A model generated the notes under the pieces. It searched no databases. It had not been told where the DNA came from and worked only from the letters and a program-made list of their open reading frames with translations. 36,303 nucleotides of DNA. It comes from an uncultured Clostridia bacterium (GTDB lineage: Bacteria; Acidobacteriota; Aminicenantia; JBFLYD01; JBBIMS01). Positions 6,204-15,548 of the stretch are shown piece by piece. The position numbers were made by a program, and so were the translations under genes. Position 1 is the first letter of the stretch. The number at the start of each line of letters is the position of its first letter. The stretch lies in the NCBI GenBank assembly GCA_964517525.1, contig CAZFCI010000307.1, positions 1-36,303 on the forward strand, written 5' to 3'.

Positions 6204-7889
6204 ATGGAAATTACGAAAAAAGAACAAAAGCCAAAGCTTCTTGGAGAGAAGCTTCTTGAACTGGGGCTTATAACTCCCCAGCAGTTGGATATTGCTCTAA
6301 AAGAGCAGAAAAGGACAGGAGAACTTCTTGGCGAAATTCTGGTGAATTTAGGATTTATTTCTCAGGATGTTCTCTCCTCTACCCTTGCCTCTCAATCGGG
6401 AGTTGAGTATCTTGATTTGAAGAGGACAATTGTAGAGTCAAATGCCCTCGAGCTTGTTCCAGAAACCTTTGCGAGAGAAAGAAAGGTAATTCCAATTGCT
6501 CTCCAGAATAATGTTTTAACAGTTGCTATGTCCAATGTTTTTGATGTTGAGACAATTACAGAATTGGAGAGATTGACAAAAAAGTTGATAAAGGTTGTTT
6601 CTGCTCCAGAGCAGGAAATTTTGAGTGCCATTGATTCCAATTATATTGGAGGAGCTTCTATTGATGAGCTGATCGAGGATAGTGTTAGAGTAGCAACAAG
6701 ATTCGGGGGAGCTGAGATGGCTATTGCTGAGGAAGCTCCAATTGTAAAACTTGTTGACCAATTAATTTTCAAAGGAGTAAAGGAAGGAGCAACAGATTTG
6801 CATATTGAGCCTGAAGAGAAAATTGTCAGGACAAGATATAGAATAGATGGGATTCTTTATAGTGGACCAACTTTTCCCAAAAGCCTTCAGCCATCTATTA
6901 CAGCAAGGCTGAAGATAATCAGTGGAGCAAACATCGCAGAGACAAGGCTTCCTCAGGATGGTAGGATAAAGTTCCAACTTGGAAGGAGAGTTCTTGACAT
7001 AAGAGCCTCCTTCTTCCCCTCCATATATGGAGAAAATATAGCTTTGAGAATTCTTGATAAAACCAGATTGGTCCTCGGCTTGGATCAGCTTGGATTCAAT
7101 GCTGAAAATCTTGCAATTTTTAAAAGATTGATTGAGAAACCATACGGAATAATTCTTGTTACAGGACCAACAGGCTCAGGCAAGACAACAACTCTCTATG
7201 CAGCTCTCTCCTATTTAAATTCTCTTGAAAAGAACATAATGACAGTTGAGGACCCTGTTGAATACGAATTTCCCATAATCAGACAATCTCAGGTAAATCC
7301 AAAGGCAGGTTATAATTTCGCTGAAGCAATGAGGGCAATTTTGAGACAGGATCCCGATATAATATTTGTAGGTGAGATGAGAGATAGGGAAACTGTTGAT
7401 ATGGCAATTAGAGCTGCTTTGACAGGCCATCTTGTTCTTTCTACTCTCCATACAAACGATTCCGTCAGTGCGATCCCCCGTTTAATTGATATGGGAGCAG
7501 AACCATTCCTAATTTCAGCAACAGTCATTGGTGTTGTTGCCCAGAGATTGGTTCGTCTAATTTGTGAGGATTGTAAAACTCCATATCAACCTCCAGAAGA
7601 TATTCTCAAAAGAATAGGGTGGCAGAAAGGAATTCCCACTTTTTATAAAGGTGAAGGTTGTCCAAAATGTGGTAAAAGGGGTTATAGGGGAAGGACAGGG
7701 CTATTCGAAATCTTTACCATAACTGACAGGATAAGGAAGCTAATAAATGAAAAAACTGATTTTGTAAAATTGAGGGAAACCGCCCTTGAAGAGGGTCTTG
7801 TTACCCTTTTTGAAGATGGGATTGAGAAGGCAAAAAATGGACTTACAACAATAGATGAGGTAATTAGAGTAACCTTTGGAGAGTTCTAA
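6204..7889 (+). CDS. pilB: Type IV pilus/T2SS assembly ATPase (PilB/GspE/MshE family)
   Basis: N-terminal MshEN-like LGEKLLELGLI...LGEILVNLG, GPTGSGKTT, TVEDPVE, LRQDPD, GHLVLSTLH, CxxC..CxxC zinc motif. Confidence 0.93.
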   Translation: MEITKKEQKPKLLGEKLLELGLITPQQLDIALKEQKRTGELLGEILVNLGFISQDVLSSTLASQSGVEYLDLKRTIVESNALELVPETFARERKVIPIALQNNVLTVAMSNVFDVETITELERLTKKLIKVVSAPEQEILSAIDSNYIGGASIDELIEDSVRVATRFGGAEMAIAEEAPIVKLVDQLIFKGVKEGATDLHIEPEEKIVRTRYRIDGILYSGPTFPKSLQPSITARLKIISGANIAETRLPQDGRIKFQLGRRVLDIRASFFPSIYGENIALRILDKTRLVLGLDQLGFNAENLAIFKRLIEKPYGIILVTGPTGSGKTTTLYAALSYLNSLEKNIMTVEDPVEYEFPIIRQSQVNPKAGYNFAEAMRAILRQDPDIIFVGEMRDRETVDMAIRAALTGHLVLSTLHTNDSVSAIPRLIDMGAEPFLISATVIGVVAQRLVRLICEDCKTPYQPPEDILKRIGWQKGIPTFYKGEGCPKCGKRGYRGRTGLFEIFTITDRIRKLINEKTDFVKLRETALEEGLVTLFEDGIEKAKNGLTTIDEVIRVTFGEF

Positions 7890-9100
7890 TGCCCTACTTT
7901 CAATATAAAGCAAGGGATGGGAGAGGGAAAGAAGTAAAAGGAATAGTTATTGCTGAGAATGAGAGTGCCCTCTCTCTGAACCTTGAAAGAATGAATCTAT
8001 ACTTGATAAGTGCAAGGGAGGTAAAAAAAGAAAGGGAGAGTCTTAGACCTGTCGGGGTTAAAAGAAGGGATCTAATAACTTTTACAATCCACCTTTCCAC
8101 TTCCCTTGAGGCAGGGATTGCATTAATAACAGCGATAAAAGATTTTGCAGAGAGCACAGAGAATCTAAAGTTTAAAGAGGTTCTTAATGATATTGTAAAA
8201 CAGCTTGAAGCAGGAGCTTTTCTCTCTGATGCCATGAGCAAATATCCGAGGGTTTTTTCTGAGTTATATGTGAACATTTTGAGAGCTGGAGAGGCAACAG
8301 GTAATCTTGATATGGTTCTAAAGGATCTTGTGAAATTTCTTGAGTGGCAGGAGGAGATTAACTCTCAGGTGAAACAGGCTTCCATATATCCAACCTTTGT
8401 AATATCTTTGATAATTGGTGTAATTACAATAATGATGACATTCACTCTACCAAAGTTCTTTCCAATTCTAAAAAGTTTTAATGTTGAGCTACCTCTACCA
8501 ACAAAGATAATAATGGCAGTTTCGACATTTTTTGCCAGGTTTTGGTGGGCAATTATTGGAGCAATTATTTGCTTTGTTATAATCTATATTACGACAAATA
8601 AAACTCCCAATGGAAGGAGATTCTGGGACAGATTAAAACTTCATATACCTTTTTTTGGAAGCTTAAACAGGAAGGTTGCTCTTTCAAGATTCTCTCACTA
8701 TCTAAGCATCCTTTACAAAGCTGGTATTGGAATTGTTCAAGCTCTTTACATTGTGGAGAAAATAGTTGGGAATGCGATAATTGCAGATGAAATCAAGAAA
8801 GTGAGGGATGGAATCGTAAGGGGGGAGAGTCTTTCAGAAGGTTTAAAGAGATCAGAATATTTTCCACCTCTTGTAAACAGGATGATTGAAGTGGGAGAGG
8901 ACACAGGAAAGCTCGATGAAAGTTTAAATAAAGTTTCAGAGTATTACGATAGAGAGGTTCCAGCAGCAATAAGGAGATTTTTTGCAATTCTTGAACCAAC
9001 AATGATAGTTCTCCTCGGAGGAATGGTTCTTTTTATGGCACTTTCTATATTCCTCCCAATGTATAAACTCACTTCCACTATAGGAGCAGGAGTAAGATGA
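7889..9100 (+). CDS. pilC: Inner-membrane platform protein (PilC/GspF/MshG family)
   Basis: FQYKARD start, AGEATGNL, YP motif, GEDTGKLD, LEP; three TM segments. Confidence 0.92.
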   Translation: MPYFQYKARDGRGKEVKGIVIAENESALSLNLERMNLYLISAREVKKERESLRPVGVKRRDLITFTIHLSTSLEAGIALITAIKDFAESTENLKFKEVLNDIVKQLEAGAFLSDAMSKYPRVFSELYVNILRAGEATGNLDMVLKDLVKFLEWQEEINSQVKQASIYPTFVISLIIGVITIMMTFTLPKFFPILKSFNVELPLPTKIIMAVSTFFARFWWAIIGAIICFVIIYITTNKTPNGRRFWDRLKLHIPFFGSLNRKVALSRFSHYLSILYKAGIGIVQALYIVEKIVGNAIIADEIKKVRDGIVRGESLSEGLKRSEYFPPLVNRMIEVGEDTGKLDESLNKVSEYYDREVPAAIRRFFAILEPTMIVLLGGMVLFMALSIFLPMYKLTSTIGAGVR

Positions 9101-10590
9101 CAAGGACTTTCATGAAAAAATCCTTTTTAGCAATTGGAATTGAGGAGAATGAGGTAAAGTTAATGGAGATTGAGTTCAAGGGGAAGCTACTGGATGTCAA
9201 AAGAGCCCTTATATTCAACATAGCAAGCATTGAAGAGCTTTCATTATCTCTTATGGAAAAGATCAAAAAGGATGGATATACAAAAAGAACTGCTATAGTT
9301 CTTCTTCCCTTTTCAAGGGTTTCAAATTTTACTCTCTCTTTGCCACCAATGCCTAAATCAGAAATAAAAAGTATTGTGGAAAGGGAACTCAGAAAAAATT
9401 TTTCATCTCTTGAAGATGTTTGTTATGAATTTTTTGTTGCTGGAACAAAGCTCGAAGGAGAGGAAAAAAGAAAGGAGGTTGTCGTTACTTATGTTTCAAG
9501 AGATTACATAAATTTGATAATCGATTCCTTAAATAGGTGTGGATTGACCCCTGCCATCATAACCCCACCCTTCCAGGCTTTCCACAACCTTCTTATGTTC
9601 TCAAAGCTTTACAAACCAGAGAAATCAACAGCATTTCTTGATATTTCAGAAACAAAGGCTTCAATTGCTTTATTCAGGGAGAGCACATGGTTTCTATCAA
9701 GAGATTTTGTCCTTGAGAGTTTTGAGGGAGGAAGTGGTCTTGAAAAGTTATTTATTGAAGTTAACAGGGCTTTTCATTATTTCAAACAGAAGAACAGAGG
9801 ATTTGAAATTAATCAATTAATAGTTGGAGGAAGTAATCCTTCTTTAAAAGAAATTAAGGAATATCTTTTGGGAAACCTTAGAATTCCTGTTTATATGGTT
9901 GACTGGGATTTTCTAAAAGATTTTATGCTTTCCCGTTCTTTCCCTCCAGAAGAACTGGACTATTTTGCTAACGCCTTCTTCCTTTTGGTAGGTGCTTCCC
10001 TTAACTATTTCGTAAAGGATGCGATTAATTTTATCCCTCCAGAACTATACGAAAAGAGAATGTTAAGATACAGGTTGAGGGGTATTGGTATATCTGCCTT
10101 AGCCCTTCTTTTTGTTGTCTTTTTTGCGAATAAATACTTGGGTTCAATCCAATCAGGTTATAATCAATCTCTTCTTTTGCAGAAGAATTACATAGAAAAG
10201 CTGACATCTCAAATGAGAGAGATGAAGTCTTCAAAAAATGAGAGATGGCTTGCTTATAAAAGATTCTCAGCCCTTCAGAAACCCTATAAATATTCAGCTT
10301 CTTTTTATGAGTTTTTAAGAGAACTATCACTGTTTACTCCTGATGAGATAAAGGTAGATTTTCTTGAGTCCCAGAAAACAAATAATGGGTGGAGCTTTTC
10401 CTTTGATGGGAGTGTCATTGCAGATGATCCTTTGAAAGCTCAAGAAATTTTTTCCAATTTCTCTGAAAAAATCAAAAATATCAAATCCATAAAAAATCTT
10501 AATGTCTCATCTCTCCAGATGAAGAGTAATCCAATGGAAAGTAATAAGATAACAATGATATTTAAAATCCAGGGAGAGATAGAAATATAA
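9097..10590 (+). CDS. PilM-like actin-fold domain fused to a PilN-like TM/periplasmic domain
   Basis: LAIGIE start, LPPMPKSE, AFLDI, IVGG, then INFIPPE followed by a TM helix and coiled coil; position in the operon. Confidence 0.7.
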   Translation: MTRTFMKKSFLAIGIEENEVKLMEIEFKGKLLDVKRALIFNIASIEELSLSLMEKIKKDGYTKRTAIVLLPFSRVSNFTLSLPPMPKSEIKSIVERELRKNFSSLEDVCYEFFVAGTKLEGEEKRKEVVVTYVSRDYINLIIDSLNRCGLTPAIITPPFQAFHNLLMFSKLYKPEKSTAFLDISETKASIALFRESTWFLSRDFVLESFEGGSGLEKLFIEVNRAFHYFKQKNRGFEINQLIVGGSNPSLKEIKEYLLGNLRIPVYMVDWDFLKDFMLSRSFPPEELDYFANAFFLLVGASLNYFVKDAINFIPPELYEKRMLRYRLRGIGISALALLFVVFFANKYLGSIQSGYNQSLLLQKNYIEKLTSQMREMKSSKNERWLAYKRFSALQKPYKYSASFYEFLRELSLFTPDEIKVDFLESQKTNNGWSFSFDGSVIADDPLKAQEIFSNFSEKIKNIKSIKNLNVSSLQMKSNPMESNKITMIFKIQGEIEI

Positions 10591-11261
10591 TGGAAAAGAA
10601 GAAGTTTGTTTTTTATCTTGCGAAAGTTGGTGGTATTGCCCTAATAATTACCATTTCCATTGCTTTCCTTCTCTTTTCTCTTCGTCCTAAATTGGCATAT
10701 TTTAAAAAAGCAAAGGAAGAAATGAAAAAGAATCAAACAATTATTGATAATTTTGATAGGGATAAAGCAATTTTTGAGAAAGAGACAGAAGATGAGATAA
10801 AATTGTGGCATAAAATTAAAGAAGAGATGGATTCTAAGATAAAAAATCTTGGTTCAGATGAAGAAATATTTTCTCATTTTTCAAGCCTATTGAGGGAGCT
10901 TAAGGACAAAGCCTCTTCTTTGGGTATAAGGCAGTTGATGCTTCAATCCCAGAGCAAAAGTTTCACAATAAATGTAAATCCAGATCCTTCTCTTCCATTA
11001 TTCATAAAAGGTGTTAGAGAAACAGGATTCGAAAATGTAGAAGGTGAAGAGGATTTTGGGGAGCCCATCGGAAAACTTAATTTTATTGGTTTTAAGATTT
11101 TATACAATGCAGACATAGTGAAATCTTCTAATTTTATAAGATTACTCCCTTCCCTCTCTAATCTATTATCAATAGAAAAAATCGAAGTTTACTCTCAAGA
11201 ATCTCAACCCATTTATGTCCTCTATGTCAAGTTTTATTTCAAAAGGACAAGAAATGCTTAG
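10590..11261 (+). CDS. PilO/MshJ-like alignment protein
   Basis: N-terminal TM helix, coiled coil, C-terminal LLSIEKIEV; position in the operon. Confidence 0.55.
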   Translation: MEKKKFVFYLAKVGGIALIITISIAFLLFSLRPKLAYFKKAKEEMKKNQTIIDNFDRDKAIFEKETEDEIKLWHKIKEEMDSKIKNLGSDEEIFSHFSSLLRELKDKASSLGIRQLMLQSQSKSFTINVNPDPSLPLFIKGVRETGFENVEGEEDFGEPIGKLNFIGFKILYNADIVKSSNFIRLLPSLSNLLSIEKIEVYSQESQPIYVLYVKFYFKRTRNA

Positions 11262-11748
11262 AAATAAATATTTTGCCTTATCTCTGTTAATTTTTGCGGT
11301 GATTTTTTTCTATATTTTCTTTATAAGAGGATTTCTCATGAAAAGACAGCCGAGAACTCCTCTTCATAAACCGGTAGCGAAGGTCGAGGAGAAAAAGGAA
11401 GAGTCAACCCAAGAAAATTTTGATTTAAACAAGCCTTTCAAAATAGAGGAAATTTCTTCTACTCCTTCGGACGAATGGGGAAGAGACATATTCCTACCAG
11501 TTCTATCTGATGAGACTGAAGAAGAAGTGAGAATGCTGGAACTACCAAAATTAACTGCAATTGTAAGGGATAGTAAAAGAACATTTGCAATTTTAAATGG
11601 AAAAATTGTTAAAGAAGGAGAGAGGATAGATGGAATTCTTGTGAAAAAGATTCTTGAAAACAGTGTTATAATAGATAGAGGAGCAGGTGAAGAGCATGTT
11701 TATATTTTTAATCTCCAAAAAGGAGGTCAATTTGAAAAGAATAATTAA
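11254..11748 (+). CDS. PilP/MshK/GspB-like accessory protein
   Basis: TM helix, WGRDIF, LTAIV..FAILNGKIVKEGERIDG. Start at ATG 11254, with AAGGA upstream. Confidence 0.55.
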   Translation: MLRNKYFALSLLIFAVIFFYIFFIRGFLMKRQPRTPLHKPVAKVEEKKEESTQENFDLNKPFKIEEISSTPSDEWGRDIFLPVLSDETEEEVRMLELPKLTAIVRDSKRTFAILNGKIVKEGERIDGILVKKILENSVIIDRGAGEEHVYIFNLQKGGQFEKNN

Positions 11749-13495
11749 TTTTTTAATTCTGAGCATAATATTTCTTCTGTTTTATTCTTGTGCTCCAAAA
11801 GTTGAGAAAATAGAAACAAAACCTCCTGAAAAAAGGGTTGAAGAGGTCCCGCCTGTAGATCTTACAATAACAAAAACCGAAGAAATAAAGAAGGAAGCAC
11901 CTTCTGAAGAGGAAAAGAGACAAATTGTTAAGGTTAAGGATGTGGACATAAAAGATCTCCTCCTTGCCTTAACCACAGATACTGATATAAGCTTGATAAT
12001 AGACCCTGATGTTAAGGGGATTGTTCCAATCCTTGATGTAAAAGATATAACCCTTGGGAAATTGCTTTACTATGTTCTTCCTCAGCTTGGTTTAGCATAT
12101 TCATGGGATGGGAAGATTTTAAGGGTCTTCAAAGCAAAGCTTGAGACAAGGGTTTTCTATCTTAACTACATAGCAGTTGCAAGGGAAGGGGAGAGGAATG
12201 TTTCCTACTCAACCCGTTCAACAGTAGGTGGAGCTGGAATTGGAGGAATGGGAGGAGTTGGAGGGGCTGGAGTGACTGGAGGAGTTGCTGGAATGGGAGG
12301 ATTTGCAGGAGGAGCTGGAGGAGGAGAGGCTCAGAGCACAACAAACATAAAAACAAAAACAGAGACTAACATATGGAATGACCTTGTCTCTGGGCTTGAG
12401 GCAATCGTTTTTGGGAAAAGCACGGGTGCTGGAGAGAGGACAAAGGCTCCAGAACCCTATTCCCGTTCTGACGAGGAGGGGAGAAGGCTTATAATTTCGC
12501 CTCAAACCGGGGTCATTATGATTACAGATTATCCTGAAAAATTAGCGCAGGCAGCTCATTTTGTTGAGTCTCTTGAGGGTTCTTCCCAGAGGCAAGTTTG
12601 GATTGAGGCAAAGATCCTTGAGGTAATCCTTGATCAGAAACATCAAATGGGCGTTAACTGGAATATGGTTCTGAACCCAGGAGAGAAATTTCTTGGACTT
12701 CTTCCCTCAACAGATACTGTAATGTATCCAACAACATCCTTAGATACAAGAACACCTTTAAATCAGGATGTATCGCCTTCCTACGGAAGTTTCCAATATG
12801 GAGTTACAAATAATAAGATCGATTTTATTCTTGATGCCCTATCAAGGCAGGGGCAGCTGAAAGTTCTCCTGTCTCCAAGACTTTCAGCTTTAAATAATGA
12901 GAAGGCTGTTATCAGAGTTGTCAGAGAGGAAGCTTTTTTCAACCTTTATACATTAACAACAGTAGCTCAGGCAGGAGCAGTTACTGCCCCTTCAATAAAT
13001 CTCCAAATAGTTCCTGTTGGAATAATGATGGACATAATACCTCAGATTTCTCCCAATGGAGAGATTACCTTGAGTATAAATCCCGATATATCGGAACTTG
13101 TTGAGATAAGAACATTCCAGTCCCAGGGAGCAATGGCAACACAGCCAGTCATAGATAGAAGGAGTATAGATACTGTTGCAAAGGTTAAGGATGGTCAGAC
13201 AATTATAATTGCAGGAATCATAAAGGAAAGGAAGAAGGAAGAACTCAGGGGAGCTCCCTTCTTGATGAAAATACCCTTCCTTGGCACAATGTTTAGAAGA
13301 ACCGAGCAGAGTGTGGAAAGGTCGGAGCTTGTGATTCTCATAACTCCAACACTGATGGTGGGTAAAAAGATTCAAGAACTTTCTGAAGAGGAAAGGAGAA
13401 GGGTGGAAGAGGCTGTAAAGCCATTTCATTTTGGAGACATAGAGCCCTGGAAAGAGGGTGTTAAGGGAGAGTTGAGGAAGAAAAAGGGAAATTAA
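11732..13495 (+). CDS. mshL: Lipoprotein secretin, MshL-like
   Basis: TTG start behind AGGAGG; lipobox-like LFYSC; ETRVFYLNYI plus a Gly-rich N-domain; QVWIEAKILEV, LNNEKAVI, DGQTIIIAGII, IPFLGTMF, ELVILITP. Confidence 0.85.
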   Translation: MKRIINFLILSIIFLLFYSCAPKVEKIETKPPEKRVEEVPPVDLTITKTEEIKKEAPSEEEKRQIVKVKDVDIKDLLLALTTDTDISLIIDPDVKGIVPILDVKDITLGKLLYYVLPQLGLAYSWDGKILRVFKAKLETRVFYLNYIAVAREGERNVSYSTRSTVGGAGIGGMGGVGGAGVTGGVAGMGGFAGGAGGGEAQSTTNIKTKTETNIWNDLVSGLEAIVFGKSTGAGERTKAPEPYSRSDEEGRRLIISPQTGVIMITDYPEKLAQAAHFVESLEGSSQRQVWIEAKILEVILDQKHQMGVNWNMVLNPGEKFLGLLPSTDTVMYPTTSLDTRTPLNQDVSPSYGSFQYGVTNNKIDFILDALSRQGQLKVLLSPRLSALNNEKAVIRVVREEAFFNLYTLTTVAQAGAVTAPSINLQIVPVGIMMDIIPQISPNGEITLSINPDISELVEIRTFQSQGAMATQPVIDRRSIDTVAKVKDGQTIIIAGIIKERKKEELRGAPFLMKIPFLGTMFRRTEQSVERSELVILITPTLMVGKKIQELSEEERRRVEEAVKPFHFGDIEPWKEGVKGELRKKKGN

Positions 13496-14409
13496 TGTAT
13501 GAAGCTTTTTACGGATTAAAGGAGAATCCATTCTCCCTAACTCCTGATCCAAAATACTTCTTTTTCAGTAAAGATCATGAAGAAGCCCTTTCCCACATAA
13601 TTTTTGCAATAAATCAGGGTGAGGGTTTCATAGTTCTGATTGGGAGTGTTGGAACTGGAAAGACAACAATATCAAGGGTTTTAATGGAAAGACTTGGAAA
13701 TCTTTTATATACATCCCTCATTTTAAATCCCTTCCTTACAGAAACAGAGCTTTTAAGTTCAATTCTCTGGGATTTTCATCTTATTCCCTCTGGCAACACA
13801 AAAAAGGAGTTGATAGATCAGCTAAATAAATTCCTTTTAAATGAGGTTGCACCATCTGGTAAGAGAGCTCTTGTCATAATTGACGAAGCTCAAAACCTCA
13901 GTATGGAGGTTATGGAGCAGATAAGGCTCCTCTCTAATCTGGAGACCGACAAGGAAAAGCTTCTTCAAATTCTTCTGATTGGTCAGGAAGAACTTGCAAA
14001 AAAACTTGCAAATCCAGCCCTTAGGCAACTTAATGGAAGAATCTCGACAAGATATTTTCTCTCCCCTCTTAAGAAAAAGGAGGTAAGGGAATATATCGAG
14101 CACAGGCTGAAAATTGCAACTCCTAATGTCGATATTAAATTTACAAAAGGAGCTATAAAGGAGGTTTATAAGTTTTCCAGGGGTGTCCCGAGGCTTATAA
14201 ACATGATTTGCGACAGAGCTTTGCTCGCTGGCTTTGTGAAGAGTTCTACAACCATTGACAGGAATATGGTAATAAAGGCTAAGAAAAGTCTTATAGGAGA
14301 AAAAGAGAAGGAGTTTAAAAAGATTTTAGATAAGAAAAAAGGACTGAAAAAAATCTTTTCTTTTTTTAAGAGAAAATCATTTTTGGATTTTAATCTATCA
14401 GGAAGATGA
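13495..14409 (+). CDS. ExeA/MshM-family AAA ATPase
   Basis: MYEAFYGLKENPFSLTPDP, GSVGTGKTT, IIDEAQNL, LRLL-like IRLLSNLE, GVPRLIN. Confidence 0.9.
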   Translation: MYEAFYGLKENPFSLTPDPKYFFFSKDHEEALSHIIFAINQGEGFIVLIGSVGTGKTTISRVLMERLGNLLYTSLILNPFLTETELLSSILWDFHLIPSGNTKKELIDQLNKFLLNEVAPSGKRALVIIDEAQNLSMEVMEQIRLLSNLETDKEKLLQILLIGQEELAKKLANPALRQLNGRISTRYFLSPLKKKEVREYIEHRLKIATPNVDIKFTKGAIKEVYKFSRGVPRLINMICDRALLAGFVKSSTTIDRNMVIKAKKSLIGEKEKEFKKILDKKKGLKKIFSFFKRKSFLDFNLSGR

Positions 14410-15518
14410 GCCTTATTTCCGACGCTTTAAAGGAAGCCCAGCGAAAGAGAGAGAAGAGAAATTCTCTTCCATCACCCCCTATTCTTCCACCCCCTGAGAG
14501 GAAGAAGAAAAGAGGAAGACCCTTCTTAGGACTCACAATTTTTGCTTTTATACTGGTCATATTCTCTGTTTATCTTTATTTCCAGATAGATAGAATAGTA
14601 AAAGTCAGAAATATAAATGTTGTAAAACCAGTAGCTTCTCCGATGGGAATTGAGGCTCAAAAACCACTAGCGGAAGAAAGCAGGAATGATATTGTCCAGA
14701 ACAAAAAAGAAATACCTGAGGATTTGACAAAAAACAATAAAATTATTGAGAGCGTTGAAAGTGAGCCAAAAGAAAAAATAAGCTCCACCCAAACATTTCC
14801 TTCTGAGGTTCCCCCTCCCAAGAAATTTGAAGAAAGGAATGTAAAACCTAAAAAGATTGAGGAAGAAATTCCATTAATGGAAGAAGAAAGAAAAACAGGA
14901 CAGATCGAAATAATTAAATCTTTGATCTCATCAAAAAAATCCCAAATGGAAGAGGAATTGTCAGAAATAGAAAAAGCTGAAAGAGATAAAGACTGGGAGA
15001 AGGCATGCTCTCTTTGGGAAAAAATTATAGAAAAAAATGGGAAAAAAGAGTATTTTCTGAATGCGGGAGTAGCATACAAAAATGCAGGGAATGGTAGGAG
15101 AGCAGAGGAGCTCTTCCTTCGAGCTCTTGAGCTGGATTCTCAATATCTTTCTGCTTTGAATAATCTTGGAGTCCTTTATCTTGAGAGGAATGACTATGAC
15201 AAAGCTATTCATTATTTTGGGAATGCTCTGAAGATATACCCTGGCGATCCTGAAATTTATGTTAACATGGGAATCGCATTTTTTAGAAAGAATGAATTTA
15301 ACAAGGCTCGGAGCTATTTTGAGGATGCACTAAAATTAAACAACAAACTTTATCAATCCTATTTTTACCTCGGGATTATTTATCTGAATCAAAACGATAG
15401 AGAAGGAGCTTTGCTCAATTTTACAAAGCTTCTTGAATTTGCACCTGATGATTTCCCTGCTGAGTTGAAAAAATGGGTTAAGGAAAAAATAGACAAATTA
15501 AGGATTCCCAATCCTTGA
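14406..15518 (+). CDS. Membrane-anchored TPR protein (MshN-like)
   Basis: MSLISDALKEAQ start typical of ExeA partners, a TM helix, a low-complexity linker and several TPR repeats (ALNNLGVLY, YVNMGIAF). Confidence 0.75.
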   Translation: MSLISDALKEAQRKREKRNSLPSPPILPPPERKKKRGRPFLGLTIFAFILVIFSVYLYFQIDRIVKVRNINVVKPVASPMGIEAQKPLAEESRNDIVQNKKEIPEDLTKNNKIIESVESEPKEKISSTQTFPSEVPPPKKFEERNVKPKKIEEEIPLMEEERKTGQIEIIKSLISSKKSQMEEELSEIEKAERDKDWEKACSLWEKIIEKNGKKEYFLNAGVAYKNAGNGRRAEELFLRALELDSQYLSALNNLGVLYLERNDYDKAIHYFGNALKIYPGDPEIYVNMGIAFFRKNEFNKARSYFEDALKLNNKLYQSYFYLGIIYLNQNDREGALLNFTKLLEFAPDDFPAELKKWVKEKIDKLRIPNP

Positions 15519-15543
15519 CAAAAGTTCTGAAAAAAGCTAAAAT
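15515..15543 (+). promoter_or_regulatory. Sigma70-like promoter, probably giving a leaderless mRNA
   Basis: TTGACA (15515-15520)-17 nt-TAAAAT (15538-15543); ATG at 15549 with no SD. Confidence 0.65.
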
Positions 15544-15548
15544 TTTAG

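Noticed and set aside
12226-12326. GGA-rich quasi-repeat in the secretin gene
   Set aside because: It encodes the Gly-rich low-complexity loop usual in MshL-type secretin N-domains; not a DNA-level repeat element.
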